Assembly (NCBI GenBank): GCA_964487045.1
Contig: CAZAOT010000002.1
Coordinates: forward strand, 195,511-259,510
DNA length: 64,000 bases
Source of the DNA: an uncultured Candidatus Saccharibacteria bacterium
GTDB taxonomy: Bacteria > Patescibacteriota > UBA1384 > DTJR01
Reading direction: 5' to 3'
Position 1 is the stretch's first letter. Each line of letters opens with the position of its first letter. A program made the position numbers and the translations under genes. The notes under the pieces were generated by a model. The model was not told the origin of the DNA and made no database searches. It saw only the letters and a program-made list of their open reading frames with translations. Positions 46,436-55,330 of the stretch are shown here, one piece after another.

Positions 46436-49400
46436 TTAGTCCCTTTTCTTGATGAAATAATAGGACAGTCCTCCGATTCCTACAAGTATAATCAAATGCC
46501 ACCATCTCCACCATCCGGCGTTTGAATTTTCAGCTGTATCGCCTTTGACAACTGGGGTTGGCTCGCTTGCCACACTATCTTCTTCCAAGTCTGCCTCTAT
46601 GCTTGAGTCTATATCCTGAGCAATTACAATATTTCCATTTTCTTCCAATAGATTTTCATCTTGTTTATTATCACTAACTTCAACCACTGTACTGGCTTGC
46701 GAAGCTGGCTCGGCACTTGTCTGATTTTCAGAGCTTGTTTCTTCTTCCGCAGGAACTAGCGGCTGCTCGGCTGGCTCTGCAACATAAATATTATTGATCG
46801 TAACAGTTCTAACTGTCTTGTTGCCCGCTTGATCAATAGCTGTGAAGTCAAATGAACCGTTTTTAGTAAATGTGTAAGACGGCTCATTTAATGTTCCTTC
46901 GTTTGTGGTTGCACTCACAATAATACTTTCGGTAGTAGGCTCGGTTGAATAATCGCTTATGGTAATAACTGGGGCAGTATTATCAACATTAATCTCCATT
47001 TCCGAAGTAGTTGTCTTGTTGCCCGCCTTGTCATAAATCACTGACCAAATCTTATGAGTTCCATCTTCAACTTTTGTCGTATCCCAGTCTACAGTATAGG
47101 GAGCGATAAAATCAGTACCGATGAGGGTTGGGGTGCTCGCGTGATAAAATTCGACTTTGTCGATACCGAGACCGTCATCCTCACCGCTTGTCACAAGCGA
47201 TACCAAGGACCTCATATAGCTCCCCGGCTCTATATCATTTATGGATCCCTTCGGAACATTCTTATCTATGTTTTCGATTTTTACTCTTTGGCGAGTCTGG
47301 TTGCCAAGTGAATCTGTAGCAACAAACTCAAATTCTCCGTTTGAAGTAAAGGTGTGCGAAGTGAAGTTCAGTGATCCCTCCTCTACTGATGCATATACTG
47401 TGATATCCTGATTAGTCGGAGTTAGTAAGTATGGAGCGATTGTAAGCTCAGGACCCACTTTGTCTATATTGGTTATAGTAATAGTTCTTGTTGTTACATT
47501 ACCAGCCGGATCAGTGGCTACAAAATCAAAGGTACCGTTTGAAGTAAATGTATAAGAGCTTTGATTTAAACTACCCTCATTTGAGCTTGCAGTAACTACA
47601 ACATCTTCGTTCGTTGGATCAGTCGTATAAGGATCTATTGTTATAACCGGCAGAGTATTATCAACCGAAGTTACAATAGTTGCTGAAGTTTTAACGTTAC
47701 CAGCCTTGTCGTAACCTATCGAGTAAAGATGATAGGCACCATCAGCAACCAACCTCGTATCCCAGTCGATAACATAAGGAGCAAGATTATCTTCAGAAAT
47801 TTTCCCTGTCTCAGTTGAATAGAATTCGACTTTATCTATTCCGCTTTCATTATCATGCACTTCGGCTTGAATAGCGATGGTTTGCTTCACAAAATTAAAA
47901 GGTTCAGGGGAAGTTATTGTAATTCCTTGTGGCTGCACCTTATCGATATTCTCAATAGAAACTATTTTTGAAGTAGTGTTGCCAGCCTCGTCGGTTGCGA
48001 CAAATTCAAATGATCCGTTTTCAGTAAATGTATGAGAGGTTTCATTAAGCCTTCCTTCATCTGTAGATGCGGTAACTACAATATCTTTATTTGTCGGGCC
48101 CTTTTCGTAGTCGCTCAGCGTGATAACCGGAGCCAGCCGGTCAATGTTTGTAATCGTTACTGTCTTTTGCGACTTATTTCCAACTGCGTCTATTGCTTCA
48201 AAATTGAATGAATCGTTTTGCGTGAATGTATATGTAGATTGATTCAGCGTTCCCTCGTTTATAGATGCAGTTACCTCAATATCCTTATTTGTCGGATTTG
48301 TTTCATATGGCAAGATCGTGATTACCGGTGCGGTTTTATCGATATTCGTGATAGTAACTGTTTTTGTTGTTTTATTGCCTGCTTCGTCGGTTGCCTCAAA
48401 ATCAAACGAGCCATTTTCAGTGAATGTATGTGATGTGTGATTAAGAGTTCCTTCGTTTGTCGATGCGTAAACAATTATGTCTTGATTGGTTGGATCTTGA
48501 TTGTATGAATCAATAGTAATAATTGGAGGTGTCGCATCGATTTTGAAATTAACCGAGCTCGTCTGACCGCTAACATTCGTAACCGTAATATTGTAGTCGC
48601 CATCCTCACTAACAGTCACTCCAGAAATTGCCGGCATTCCATTTAGCGACCCAAGACCATTATCCCAAGTAATAGTTTTGGCCGTATTGTAAAGTCCGCC
48701 GTCTTCAACTCCTGAAATAACTGGTGCGTTATAAATTGCTTTGTCGGTAGCGAGATAAATCTTCGAATCTTTAATGTAATAAACGAAGCGATTTGCGCCA
48801 TTGGTTGTAACCGAAGGATTCGATCCTAGGTTATCAATGTTTACCGGCGCTGAAAAACCTTCGCCAAAATTTTCGCTATAGTTCACACCAGAGTTGACAT
48901 ATGCGATTGCGACTGATGAATTGCTGGCGCTTATCGCTGGCGCAGAGCCAGCCACTAAATCGCTAGATACCCAAGCACCTCCGCTTATAAGACCATGTTT
49001 GATACCACCATAGAGCACATGTGCTCTGCCTAAAGCATCTATTGTTAGCGAATTTTTATAAAGTGCATAATTTCCTCCAAGATTGACCGAGGCTCCTGGA
49101 ATATTCGTATGATATTGCAAATCGTATCCTACATCATTTCCATTGGGCCAGCGCCAAATACTTGTATGCCAGAAGAGAAGATGATAATTGTCACTATCAT
49201 CAACAGAAATTGAAATAGGATGTTGGTTATAGTAAGCTGCTCCCCAAGAACCCGAAGACGAGTAATCTCGATAACCATTCCACCCAGCAATATATTCGAA
49301 TGTTCCGTTTATATTTGATGCATAAATAAGATCTATGTTACTATAATCGTCACCTGCATAATAAAAAGTTCTCATAAAGATATGCGCATTGCCGTTTGTG

Positions 49401-49801
49401 TCGGTATCAAGGTCGACATAACTTGCGTCAGTGCCGATGCCAACATTGACCTCGTTATCCCAGTCACCATTAAAAGTCTCATAGATAACCGATCCGGCAT
49501 TAATATATGCAACGTGGGGAACTCCTGAATTATCTATGGAGAGAGCGGGATTTGATCCTGAGCCGATGAGTACTTCAGCGTCTCGATTTTTGGTTAAATA
49601 AATACTTCCCGATCTTTCATATACCACAAATGTATTGCCTGAATTATCAGTAGCTGAATCGATGTTTGACCCAACAGCTATTTCATAATTGTTCGAAAGA
49701 GTGATAGGGTCAGCTGCTTTTGCTTCAAGAAAACCTACTAGTACGATCCCAAGAGAAAACATTGCAAGAACCAATATCGTCATTTTTATTTTAGAAATCA
49801 T
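46436..49801 (-). CDS. Large surface protein with tandem Ig-like repeats and C-terminal TM anchor
   Basis: Signal peptide; beta-rich N-domain; six ~65-aa repeats (P.ITI..Y...PTN.D...NEGTLN...TFT.NG.F.F.A.D.AGN) plus two VEFY..WDT Ig domains; acidic linker; TM + KKRD. Confidence 0.88.
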   Translation of the reverse strand: MISKIKMTILVLAMFSLGIVLVGFLEAKAADPITLSNNYEIAVGSNIDSATDNSGNTFVVYERSGSIYLTKNRDAEVLIGSGSNPALSIDNSGVPHVAYINAGSVIYETFNGDWDNEVNVGIGTDASYVDLDTDTNGNAHIFMRTFYYAGDDYSNIDLIYASNINGTFEYIAGWNGYRDYSSSGSWGAAYYNQHPISISVDDSDNYHLLFWHTSIWRWPNGNDVGYDLQYHTNIPGASVNLGGNYALYKNSLTIDALGRAHVLYGGIKHGLISGGAWVSSDLVAGSAPAISASNSSVAIAYVNSGVNYSENFGEGFSAPVNIDNLGSNPSVTTNGANRFVYYIKDSKIYLATDKAIYNAPVISGVEDGGLYNTAKTITWDNGLGSLNGMPAISGVTVSEDGDYNITVTNVSGQTSSVNFKIDATPPIITIDSYNQDPTNQDIIVYASTNEGTLNHTSHTFTENGSFDFEATDEAGNKTTKTVTITNIDKTAPVITILPYETNPTNKDIEVTASINEGTLNQSTYTFTQNDSFNFEAIDAVGNKSQKTVTITNIDRLAPVITLSDYEKGPTNKDIVVTASTDEGRLNETSHTFTENGSFEFVATDEAGNTTSKIVSIENIDKVQPQGITITSPEPFNFVKQTIAIQAEVHDNESGIDKVEFYSTETGKISEDNLAPYVIDWDTRLVADGAYHLYSIGYDKAGNVKTSATIVTSVDNTLPVITIDPYTTDPTNEDVVVTASSNEGSLNQSSYTFTSNGTFDFVATDPAGNVTTRTITITNIDKVGPELTIAPYLLTPTNQDITVYASVEEGSLNFTSHTFTSNGEFEFVATDSLGNQTRQRVKIENIDKNVPKGSINDIEPGSYMRSLVSLVTSGEDDGLGIDKVEFYHASTPTLIGTDFIAPYTVDWDTTKVEDGTHKIWSVIYDKAGNKTTTSEMEINVDNTAPVITISDYSTEPTTESIIVSATTNEGTLNEPSYTFTKNGSFDFTAIDQAGNKTVRTVTINNIYVAEPAEQPLVPAEEETSSENQTSAEPASQASTVVEVSDNKQDENLLEENGNIVIAQDIDSSIEADLEEDSVASEPTPVVKGDTAENSNAGWWRWWHLIILVGIGGLSYYFIKKRD

Positions 49802-49886
49802 AAAATCTCCTTATTTATGGCTACTTAGCAATATATCAATAAATTTTCAAATAGCAAAAGTTTTTTAGAAAAGCTGATTACTCATG

Positions 49887-49938
49887 AATGGCATTAAAAA
49901 AACTCTTTTTCAGGGTAAAATATCAAAAATGGAACGGG
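49887..49938 (+). repeat. Copy of the tRNA-Pro promoter/5' end (matches 51811-51863)
   Basis: 52 vs 53 bp; one indel (destroys TTGAAA -35) and one substitution; ends at tRNA nt 1-4 CGGG. Confidence 0.9.
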
Positions 49939-50009
49939 AATGGCTAGATTGTTAGAAAAAAATTAAAAGATGGGTTCGGTCCATCTTTTAATTTGAACAA
50001 ATTTGCTAA

Positions 50010-50591
50010 TTAAAAGGTTATTGCCAAGTCGATAACGAAGAATATGCCTACAATATTAAGTGCAAAAGTTACTAACAAAAACTGCCAAGTTTTGATCTTG
50101 GAAATCCCCATTAGCGAGATTCCAACTTCATCTGGGATAATCGGGACTAAAATCACTGCTGCGCCAAAAATTGGAATTATCCAAGAAAAATAAGGACTTG
50201 CAAATATCATCCTTATCAAAGATCTTTTTTTAAACCTAAACAGTGGGGCAATCTCTTCAAAGACGTGATTTTTCATAAATCTCAAGATAAGCAGATCCCC
50301 GATAGCTGCTCCAGAAGAAGCAGCGATTGCAATCCAGACAGGATTCAACAGAGAATTAGAAAATTCAAAAAGAATTGCCGAGGCAGGTACGACAGTGAAT
50401 ATTGAGACGAACAAAATGCCAGATAAAAAAGCACCGAGATAACCAAGTGAACCAATTTTCGCAACGAAGTATTGAATTGCGGGCGTCTCTATAAAATAAA
50501 AAAACAAAGCAATAGCAATAATAAGCAAAAAAGTATTTTTATATTGCCAATTTTTCCACCTTTTCCTCAGATTTTTTTCTATCTCGTGCAT
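50010..50591 (-). CDS. DedA/VTT-like membrane protein
   Basis: Multiple TMs; GYLGAFLSG, GAAIGD, PIIPDEVG. Confidence 0.7.
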   Translation of the reverse strand: MHEIEKNLRKRWKNWQYKNTFLLIIAIALFFYFIETPAIQYFVAKIGSLGYLGAFLSGILFVSIFTVVPASAILFEFSNSLLNPVWIAIAASSGAAIGDLLILRFMKNHVFEEIAPLFRFKKRSLIRMIFASPYFSWIIPIFGAAVILVPIIPDEVGISLMGISKIKTWQFLLVTFALNIVGIFFVIDLAITF

Positions 50592-50598
50592 TTCTATT

Positions 50599-50961
50599 TT
50601 ATTCCTTGTCAGAACAGGGATGGCAGATCATCCCTGCATCATCTTCTGACAAATTTTGGCATTCCCAACAATCAATCTTAACTTCACGAGCCTCGCTGAT
50701 AATACTAATTGCTCGGCCCTCGGTCAGCGCTAGAGTAATTTTTTGACAGGCTTCGGTTAGAATCCGCTGATAAGTACTTTGCGAAATCCCCATCTTAATC
50801 GCTGCAGCTTCTTGACCAAGACCCTCAAGACTCCTAAGGCGTAAAGACTCCAATTCACTATCAGTTAAGTAAACTATCTGATTTTCAGAATATTCTCCCT
50901 GAGGCTTGAAAAGTCTTATTTTTGGATGCTTGCTAATATGGCAATGTTTTTTGGGTCTCAT
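50599..50961 (-). CDS. DUF134 (UPF0251) HTH protein
   Basis: MRPKK, FKPQG, ELESLRL..LEGLGQEAAA.KMGISQSTYQRIL; CxxC...CxxC tail. Confidence 0.88.
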   Translation of the reverse strand: MRPKKHCHISKHPKIRLFKPQGEYSENQIVYLTDSELESLRLRSLEGLGQEAAAIKMGISQSTYQRILTEACQKITLALTEGRAISIISEAREVKIDCWECQNLSEDDAGMICHPCSDKE

Positions 50962-50971
50962 CTATCTTATT

Positions 50972-51706
50972 TTACTGTGCCGTCCAGCCACCGTCTACAT
51001 TTAGTATTTCTCCCGTAATATATTCTGCCTCGTCAGAAGCTAGGTATAAAGCGGCATTGGCAATATCTTCAGGTTTACCGACATATCCCATGGGTGTAGC
51101 TGAAGTAACTAGATTATTGAAATCTTGGCTAGTCAAAGCCTCATCCGTCATGTTAGTTTTAATGAAACCTGGTGCGATACCGTTTACCCTAACTTTTGAA
51201 GTCGCAAGCTCCATAGCTGCAGCCCGAGTCAGCTGAACTGCTCCGCCTTTTGCCGCACAGTAAGCAATTGCACCGTTAAATCCTACTCGGCCGAGTATGG
51301 AGCACATATTAATAATCGAACCTTCAACTTTATTTCTAACCATTGAATTGGCAGCCGCTCGCATAGTCTTAAATACTCCAGATAGATTCACTTCTATAAC
51401 TTTGTTCCAAGTTGAATCATCGGTGTCCAAGACAGTACCCATATTGCCAATGCCTGCATTACAGACAGCAATATCAACTTTTCCGAACTTCTCTTCTGCT
51501 TTTTTAAACAAATCTTCCACCTCATCTGTTTTTGTAACATCACACTTTATAAACGATCGGTGATTTTCTTTTTCCGATAAAAAATCCGGTTTATTTATAT
51601 CGGAATATATGACCTTCGCTCCTTCTTTTGCAAATCTGTCCGCAATTGCTTTGCCAATTCCAGAGTTAGCTCCTGTTACAACTGCCACTTTATCTTTTAG
51701 ACGCAT
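50972..51706 (-). CDS. SDR-family oxidoreductase
   Basis: TGANSGIG, NAG, YCAAK, NGIAPG, VDGG. Confidence 0.94.
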   Translation of the reverse strand: MRLKDKVAVVTGANSGIGKAIADRFAKEGAKVIYSDINKPDFLSEKENHRSFIKCDVTKTDEVEDLFKKAEEKFGKVDIAVCNAGIGNMGTVLDTDDSTWNKVIEVNLSGVFKTMRAAANSMVRNKVEGSIINMCSILGRVGFNGAIAYCAAKGGAVQLTRAAAMELATSKVRVNGIAPGFIKTNMTDEALTSQDFNNLVTSATPMGYVGKPEDIANAALYLASDEAEYITGEILNVDGGWTAQ

Positions 51707-51859
51707 AGAACCTCCTTTATTTTGAATATATACCCATAATATAAGAAATATTTTTTAAGTCAATAACCTTTTTTTTCGCCTACAAATTCGGATATAGTCA
51801 CTAAGCTTGAAATGGCATTGAAAAAAACTCTTTTTCAGGGTAAAATATCAAAGATGGAA

Positions 51860-51935
51860 CGGGGCGTGGCTCAATTGGTAGAGTGCCGGCTTTGGGAGCC
51901 GGAGGTTCCGAGTTCGAGTCTCGGCGCCCCGACCA
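51860..51935 (+). tRNA. tRNA-Pro(TGG)
   Basis: CGGGGCG...CCGGC-TTTGGGA-GCCGG...GTTCGAGTC...CGCCCCG-A-CCA; promoter TTGAAA-17-TAAAAT upstream. Confidence 0.96.
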
Positions 51936-52010
51936 AACTTCATTCCTTCGGAATTTCGCTTGGCGAGCCAGATCATTTGCGGGCCCGCCCTGCCGAAGCT
52001 TTAAGCGAAG

Positions 52011-52085
52011 GCGGGTATAGTATAGTGGTTATTATGCGAGTTTTCCAAACTCGAGATGCGGGTTCGATTCCCGCTACCCGCTCCA
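52011..52085 (+). tRNA. tRNA-Gly(TCC)
   Basis: GCGGGTA...CGAGT-TTTCCAA-ACTCG...GTTCGATTC...TACCCGC-T-CCA. Confidence 0.96.
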
Positions 52086-52132
52086 GAAAAAATTACTCAG
52101 TAATTTTTGAGGTGGAGCGATCGGGAATTGAA

Positions 52133-52215
52133 AGGCGGAGGCCGACGGGCCGAGCCGGGGTCGAGCGCGATTTCAGCAGAAATCGACGCGTGACCGATTC
52201 CCGCTACCCGCTCCA
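52133..52215 (+). repeat. tRNA-linked structured element, copy B, with 21-bp tRNA-Gly 3' duplicate
   Basis: 52195-52215 equals 52065-52085; core GGGGTCGA...CAGCAG...GTGAC. Confidence 0.85.
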
Positions 52216-52231
52216 AAAAAGAAGGAAATAT

Positions 52232-52308
52232 GCGCCCTTAGCTCAGATGGATAGAGCGACTCCCTTCTAAGGAGTAGGTCGCAGGTTCGAATCCTGCAGG
52301 GCGTACCA
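52232..52308 (+). tRNA. tRNA-Arg(TCT)
   Basis: GCGCCCT...ACTCC-CTTCTAA-GGAGT...GTTCGAATC...AGGGCGT-A-CCA. Confidence 0.96.
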
Positions 52309-52426
52309 GATAAGTTGGTTCTAGGCGACCGGAATGCCGTCATCGCCAAAAATCAACAGGTTGGCATCAAAAATAAAAAAATGGCTTGAAGCCATTTTTT
52401 TATTTTGCCCTCTGCTGGAATCGAAC

Positions 52427-53719
52427 CTAACGAATTACCGAGATCTTCTTATCTTTCAAACTCATCTTAATTTTCAAACAGTTTAGGAGTTCTCGTTTTT
52501 CTTCACGAGACCCCTCACGAAGTACGAACTTTGAGTAATCTCTTAGATCCACTTTATTTTCTAAGTCCCTACTGACTTTCTGCTTTAATATTTTTGACAT
52601 AAATCTTTCATATCGTTCAATCTCGCTGTTGAGATGTTTTTGAGTGTTTAACGAATCGATATTGACTTGATCGATAATTTCACAAATTTGATCGGTCACA
52701 TCTTCTTCGCGAATGTAGGGCTGTTTACAGTCGCGATCTTTTCCACCAGTGCAATGATAGTAGACATATCTTCGAATTACTCCGTTGTCTTGCCGTTTGA
52801 ACTTCTCTTCGGCCGTCACGCCAGAACCACATACACCGCAGTAAATTAACTTAGTGAAATCGAATTCTTTGGTTCCTGGACGAGATTTAGGAATAATTGC
52901 CAATCTTGCCTGAACTTTATCAAATAGTTCCTTGGTAATGATCGATTCATGTCCGGCTTGATACCAAACGCCCGATCCCTTTGGATATTCGAAAGAGCCG
53001 TAATAATAATGATTGTTTAAAATTGCATAAACCGAGCTCAACACAACTAACCGACCTTGTCTGCTCCTAAAATCTATTGAGTTAAGCCAGCCGAGTACTG
53101 TTCTACCGCTTTCCCCATGGGAAACCCTTTCAAATATTTCTTTAATTATCGGAGCTCTTTCAGGATCTAAGAATATTTTCTTATAGCCTTTTTTACCACC
53201 AATTTCATTCAAGTAACCAAGCGGTGGAGCGCATGGTCTAAATCCCATCTCACATTTGGCCTTGAGCCCTCTTTTTACGTTAATGACTTTATTATCATTT
53301 TCTAACTTTGCCTGGCTTCCTAGAATCATCAACAAGAATTTATCGTTCGGTGAATTTGTAAACGTCTGATTAATTGTTCTGATTTCCAATAAATAATTCT
53401 GGTCCATCAGATCTACTAAAGTACCGAGATCGCCCGCGTTCCTACTTAAACGGTCTGGAGCCCAAGCAAGGATACCTTGAATTTTGTCTTCTCTAATATC
53501 TTTGATAATCGACATAAAAACAGGCCGTTCGCCTGAATTCTTTGCTGAATGACTTTCTTTTCTTATGTCAGCCACCTCCAAACCGTCTCTATCAGCAACC
53601 GTTAGCATTTCTTTCAACTGAGAATCAATCGACAAGGCTTGCAATTCGTCCCTCTCTGTCGATTTTCTTGCGTAAAGACAGAACTTGATCTTCTTATTTC
53701 CGGGCAATGTAGCTTCCAT
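52427..53719 (-). CDS. Large serine recombinase
   Basis: YARKST, PDRLSRN, LNNHYYYG, LIYCGVCG...YYHC; ATG 53719 follows a TTGACT...TACCTT promoter-like sequence. Confidence 0.94.
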   Translation of the reverse strand: MEATLPGNKKIKFCLYARKSTERDELQALSIDSQLKEMLTVADRDGLEVADIRKESHSAKNSGERPVFMSIIKDIREDKIQGILAWAPDRLSRNAGDLGTLVDLMDQNYLLEIRTINQTFTNSPNDKFLLMILGSQAKLENDNKVINVKRGLKAKCEMGFRPCAPPLGYLNEIGGKKGYKKIFLDPERAPIIKEIFERVSHGESGRTVLGWLNSIDFRSRQGRLVVLSSVYAILNNHYYYGSFEYPKGSGVWYQAGHESIITKELFDKVQARLAIIPKSRPGTKEFDFTKLIYCGVCGSGVTAEEKFKRQDNGVIRRYVYYHCTGGKDRDCKQPYIREEDVTDQICEIIDQVNIDSLNTQKHLNSEIERYERFMSKILKQKVSRDLENKVDLRDYSKFVLREGSREEKRELLNCLKIKMSLKDKKISVIR

Positions 53720-53840
53720 AGCAGAGAGGAAGGTACCGCAAGTGTTAGTTAAGTCAAGCAAAAACCCTTCCATACCTGTTAGCTTGGTGCTATGATTGAG
53801 CTAAATTGGTGTGATTCTTTATTAAAATTCAGAAAATTAA

Positions 53841-55328
53841 ATGACTAAGATAGAGCTATCCAAATTAGAACAACATATCTCAAAAGCTGCATGGATATTA
53901 AAGGGTCCAGTAGATGCTGCCGATTTCAAGGTTTATATTTTTCCTTTACTTTTCTTCAAACGAATTTCTGATGTCTATGATGAAGAATATATTCATATGC
54001 TCGAAGAATCTGGTGGCGACGATAGTTATGCCAAACTTGAGGAATTTCATCGTTTTGTAATTCCAGATGACTGCCACTGGGAAGATGTTCGATCAAAAAC
54101 CGTAAATGTCGGGCAAGCCCTTCAGTATGCATTCCGCGAGATCGAGAAGGCTAATCAGAAGTTTCTCTATGGTATCTTCGGTGACGCTCAATGGTCAAAT
54201 AAAGAAAAGCTTTCCGATAGCTTACTGATAGACCTGATAGAGCATTTCTCAAAAGTAAACCTCTCCACATCGAATGTAGATTCCGATATTCTTGGCCAAT
54301 CATACGAGTACCTTATCAAACAATTCGCTGATTTGACGAATAAAAAAGCAGGAGAATTCTATACACCACGTTCGGTTGTGCATCTGATGGGTAGAATAAT
54401 AGATCCAAAAGAAGGTGAATCAATCTACGATCCTGCGTGTGGTACCGGAGGGATGCTCCTGGAATGTGTAGAAGATCTCCGAAGAGAAAACAAAGATCCA
54501 AGAACTTTGAAAATATACGGGCAAGAAAAGAATTTGACTACCGCCTCGATAGCTCGGATAAATATGTTTTTACATGGCGTAGAAGATTTTAAAATAGTCC
54601 GTGGCGATACTCTTAGGAATCCTGCATTTTATGATGGCGATCAACTAGCCACATTCGATTGCGTAATAGCTAATCCACCATTCTCACTTAAAAAATGGGG
54701 TGATGATCTATGGATTAAGGACCCTTATGGAAGGAATTTTGCCGGGGTGCCACCGACTGGAAACGGCGATCTCGCTTGGGTTCAACATATGATTAAATCC
54801 ATGGCATTTCCACACGGAAGAATTGCAGTTGTATTGCCTCATGGCGCACTATTTAGAAAGGGTCGTGAAGGAGAAATTCGCAAGGCTATTCTAAAAATGG
54901 ATATTTTAAAAGCTGTGATTGGTCTTGGACCCAATATTTTTTATGGGGCTGGTATATCTGCATCAATCCTTATTTTTAAGGCAAACAAATCCGTAGATGA
55001 GAAAGGCAAAGTATTATTTATTGACGCATCCGATCAAATTCGGGTTGGGCGGGCTCAAAACTATTTGGAAGAAAAACATTCAAATCAAATTTATGATTGG
55101 TATTCAAATTTTGCAGAAGTTAAGAATAGTGTGCATTGCGCCACATTAGAGGAAATAGAAAAGAATGATTTCTCTCTGAACATACCATTATATGTAGAGA
55201 AAATTGTTGAAGACGATCTACCTTCAATTGATGAGGCGACTAATCAGCTGAAAGCATCAATGGATGAAATGTGGAAGGCAGAAGACAAGCTAAAAGAATT
55301 GCTTAAGGAATTTTCTTTGATGGAATAA
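53841..55328 (+). CDS. hsdM: Type I R-M methyltransferase subunit 1 (NPPF)
   Basis: GEFYTPRSV, DPACGTGG, IANPPF. Confidence 0.95.
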   Translation: MTKIELSKLEQHISKAAWILKGPVDAADFKVYIFPLLFFKRISDVYDEEYIHMLEESGGDDSYAKLEEFHRFVIPDDCHWEDVRSKTVNVGQALQYAFREIEKANQKFLYGIFGDAQWSNKEKLSDSLLIDLIEHFSKVNLSTSNVDSDILGQSYEYLIKQFADLTNKKAGEFYTPRSVVHLMGRIIDPKEGESIYDPACGTGGMLLECVEDLRRENKDPRTLKIYGQEKNLTTASIARINMFLHGVEDFKIVRGDTLRNPAFYDGDQLATFDCVIANPPFSLKKWGDDLWIKDPYGRNFAGVPPTGNGDLAWVQHMIKSMAFPHGRIAVVLPHGALFRKGREGEIRKAILKMDILKAVIGLGPNIFYGAGISASILIFKANKSVDEKGKVLFIDASDQIRVGRAQNYLEEKHSNQIYDWYSNFAEVKNSVHCATLEEIEKNDFSLNIPLYVEKIVEDDLPSIDEATNQLKASMDEMWKAEDKLKELLKEFSLME

Positions 55329-55330
55329 TT

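Noticed and set aside
51812-52270. 152-aa ORF
   Set aside because: Translation of the tRNA-Pro/Gly/Arg cluster
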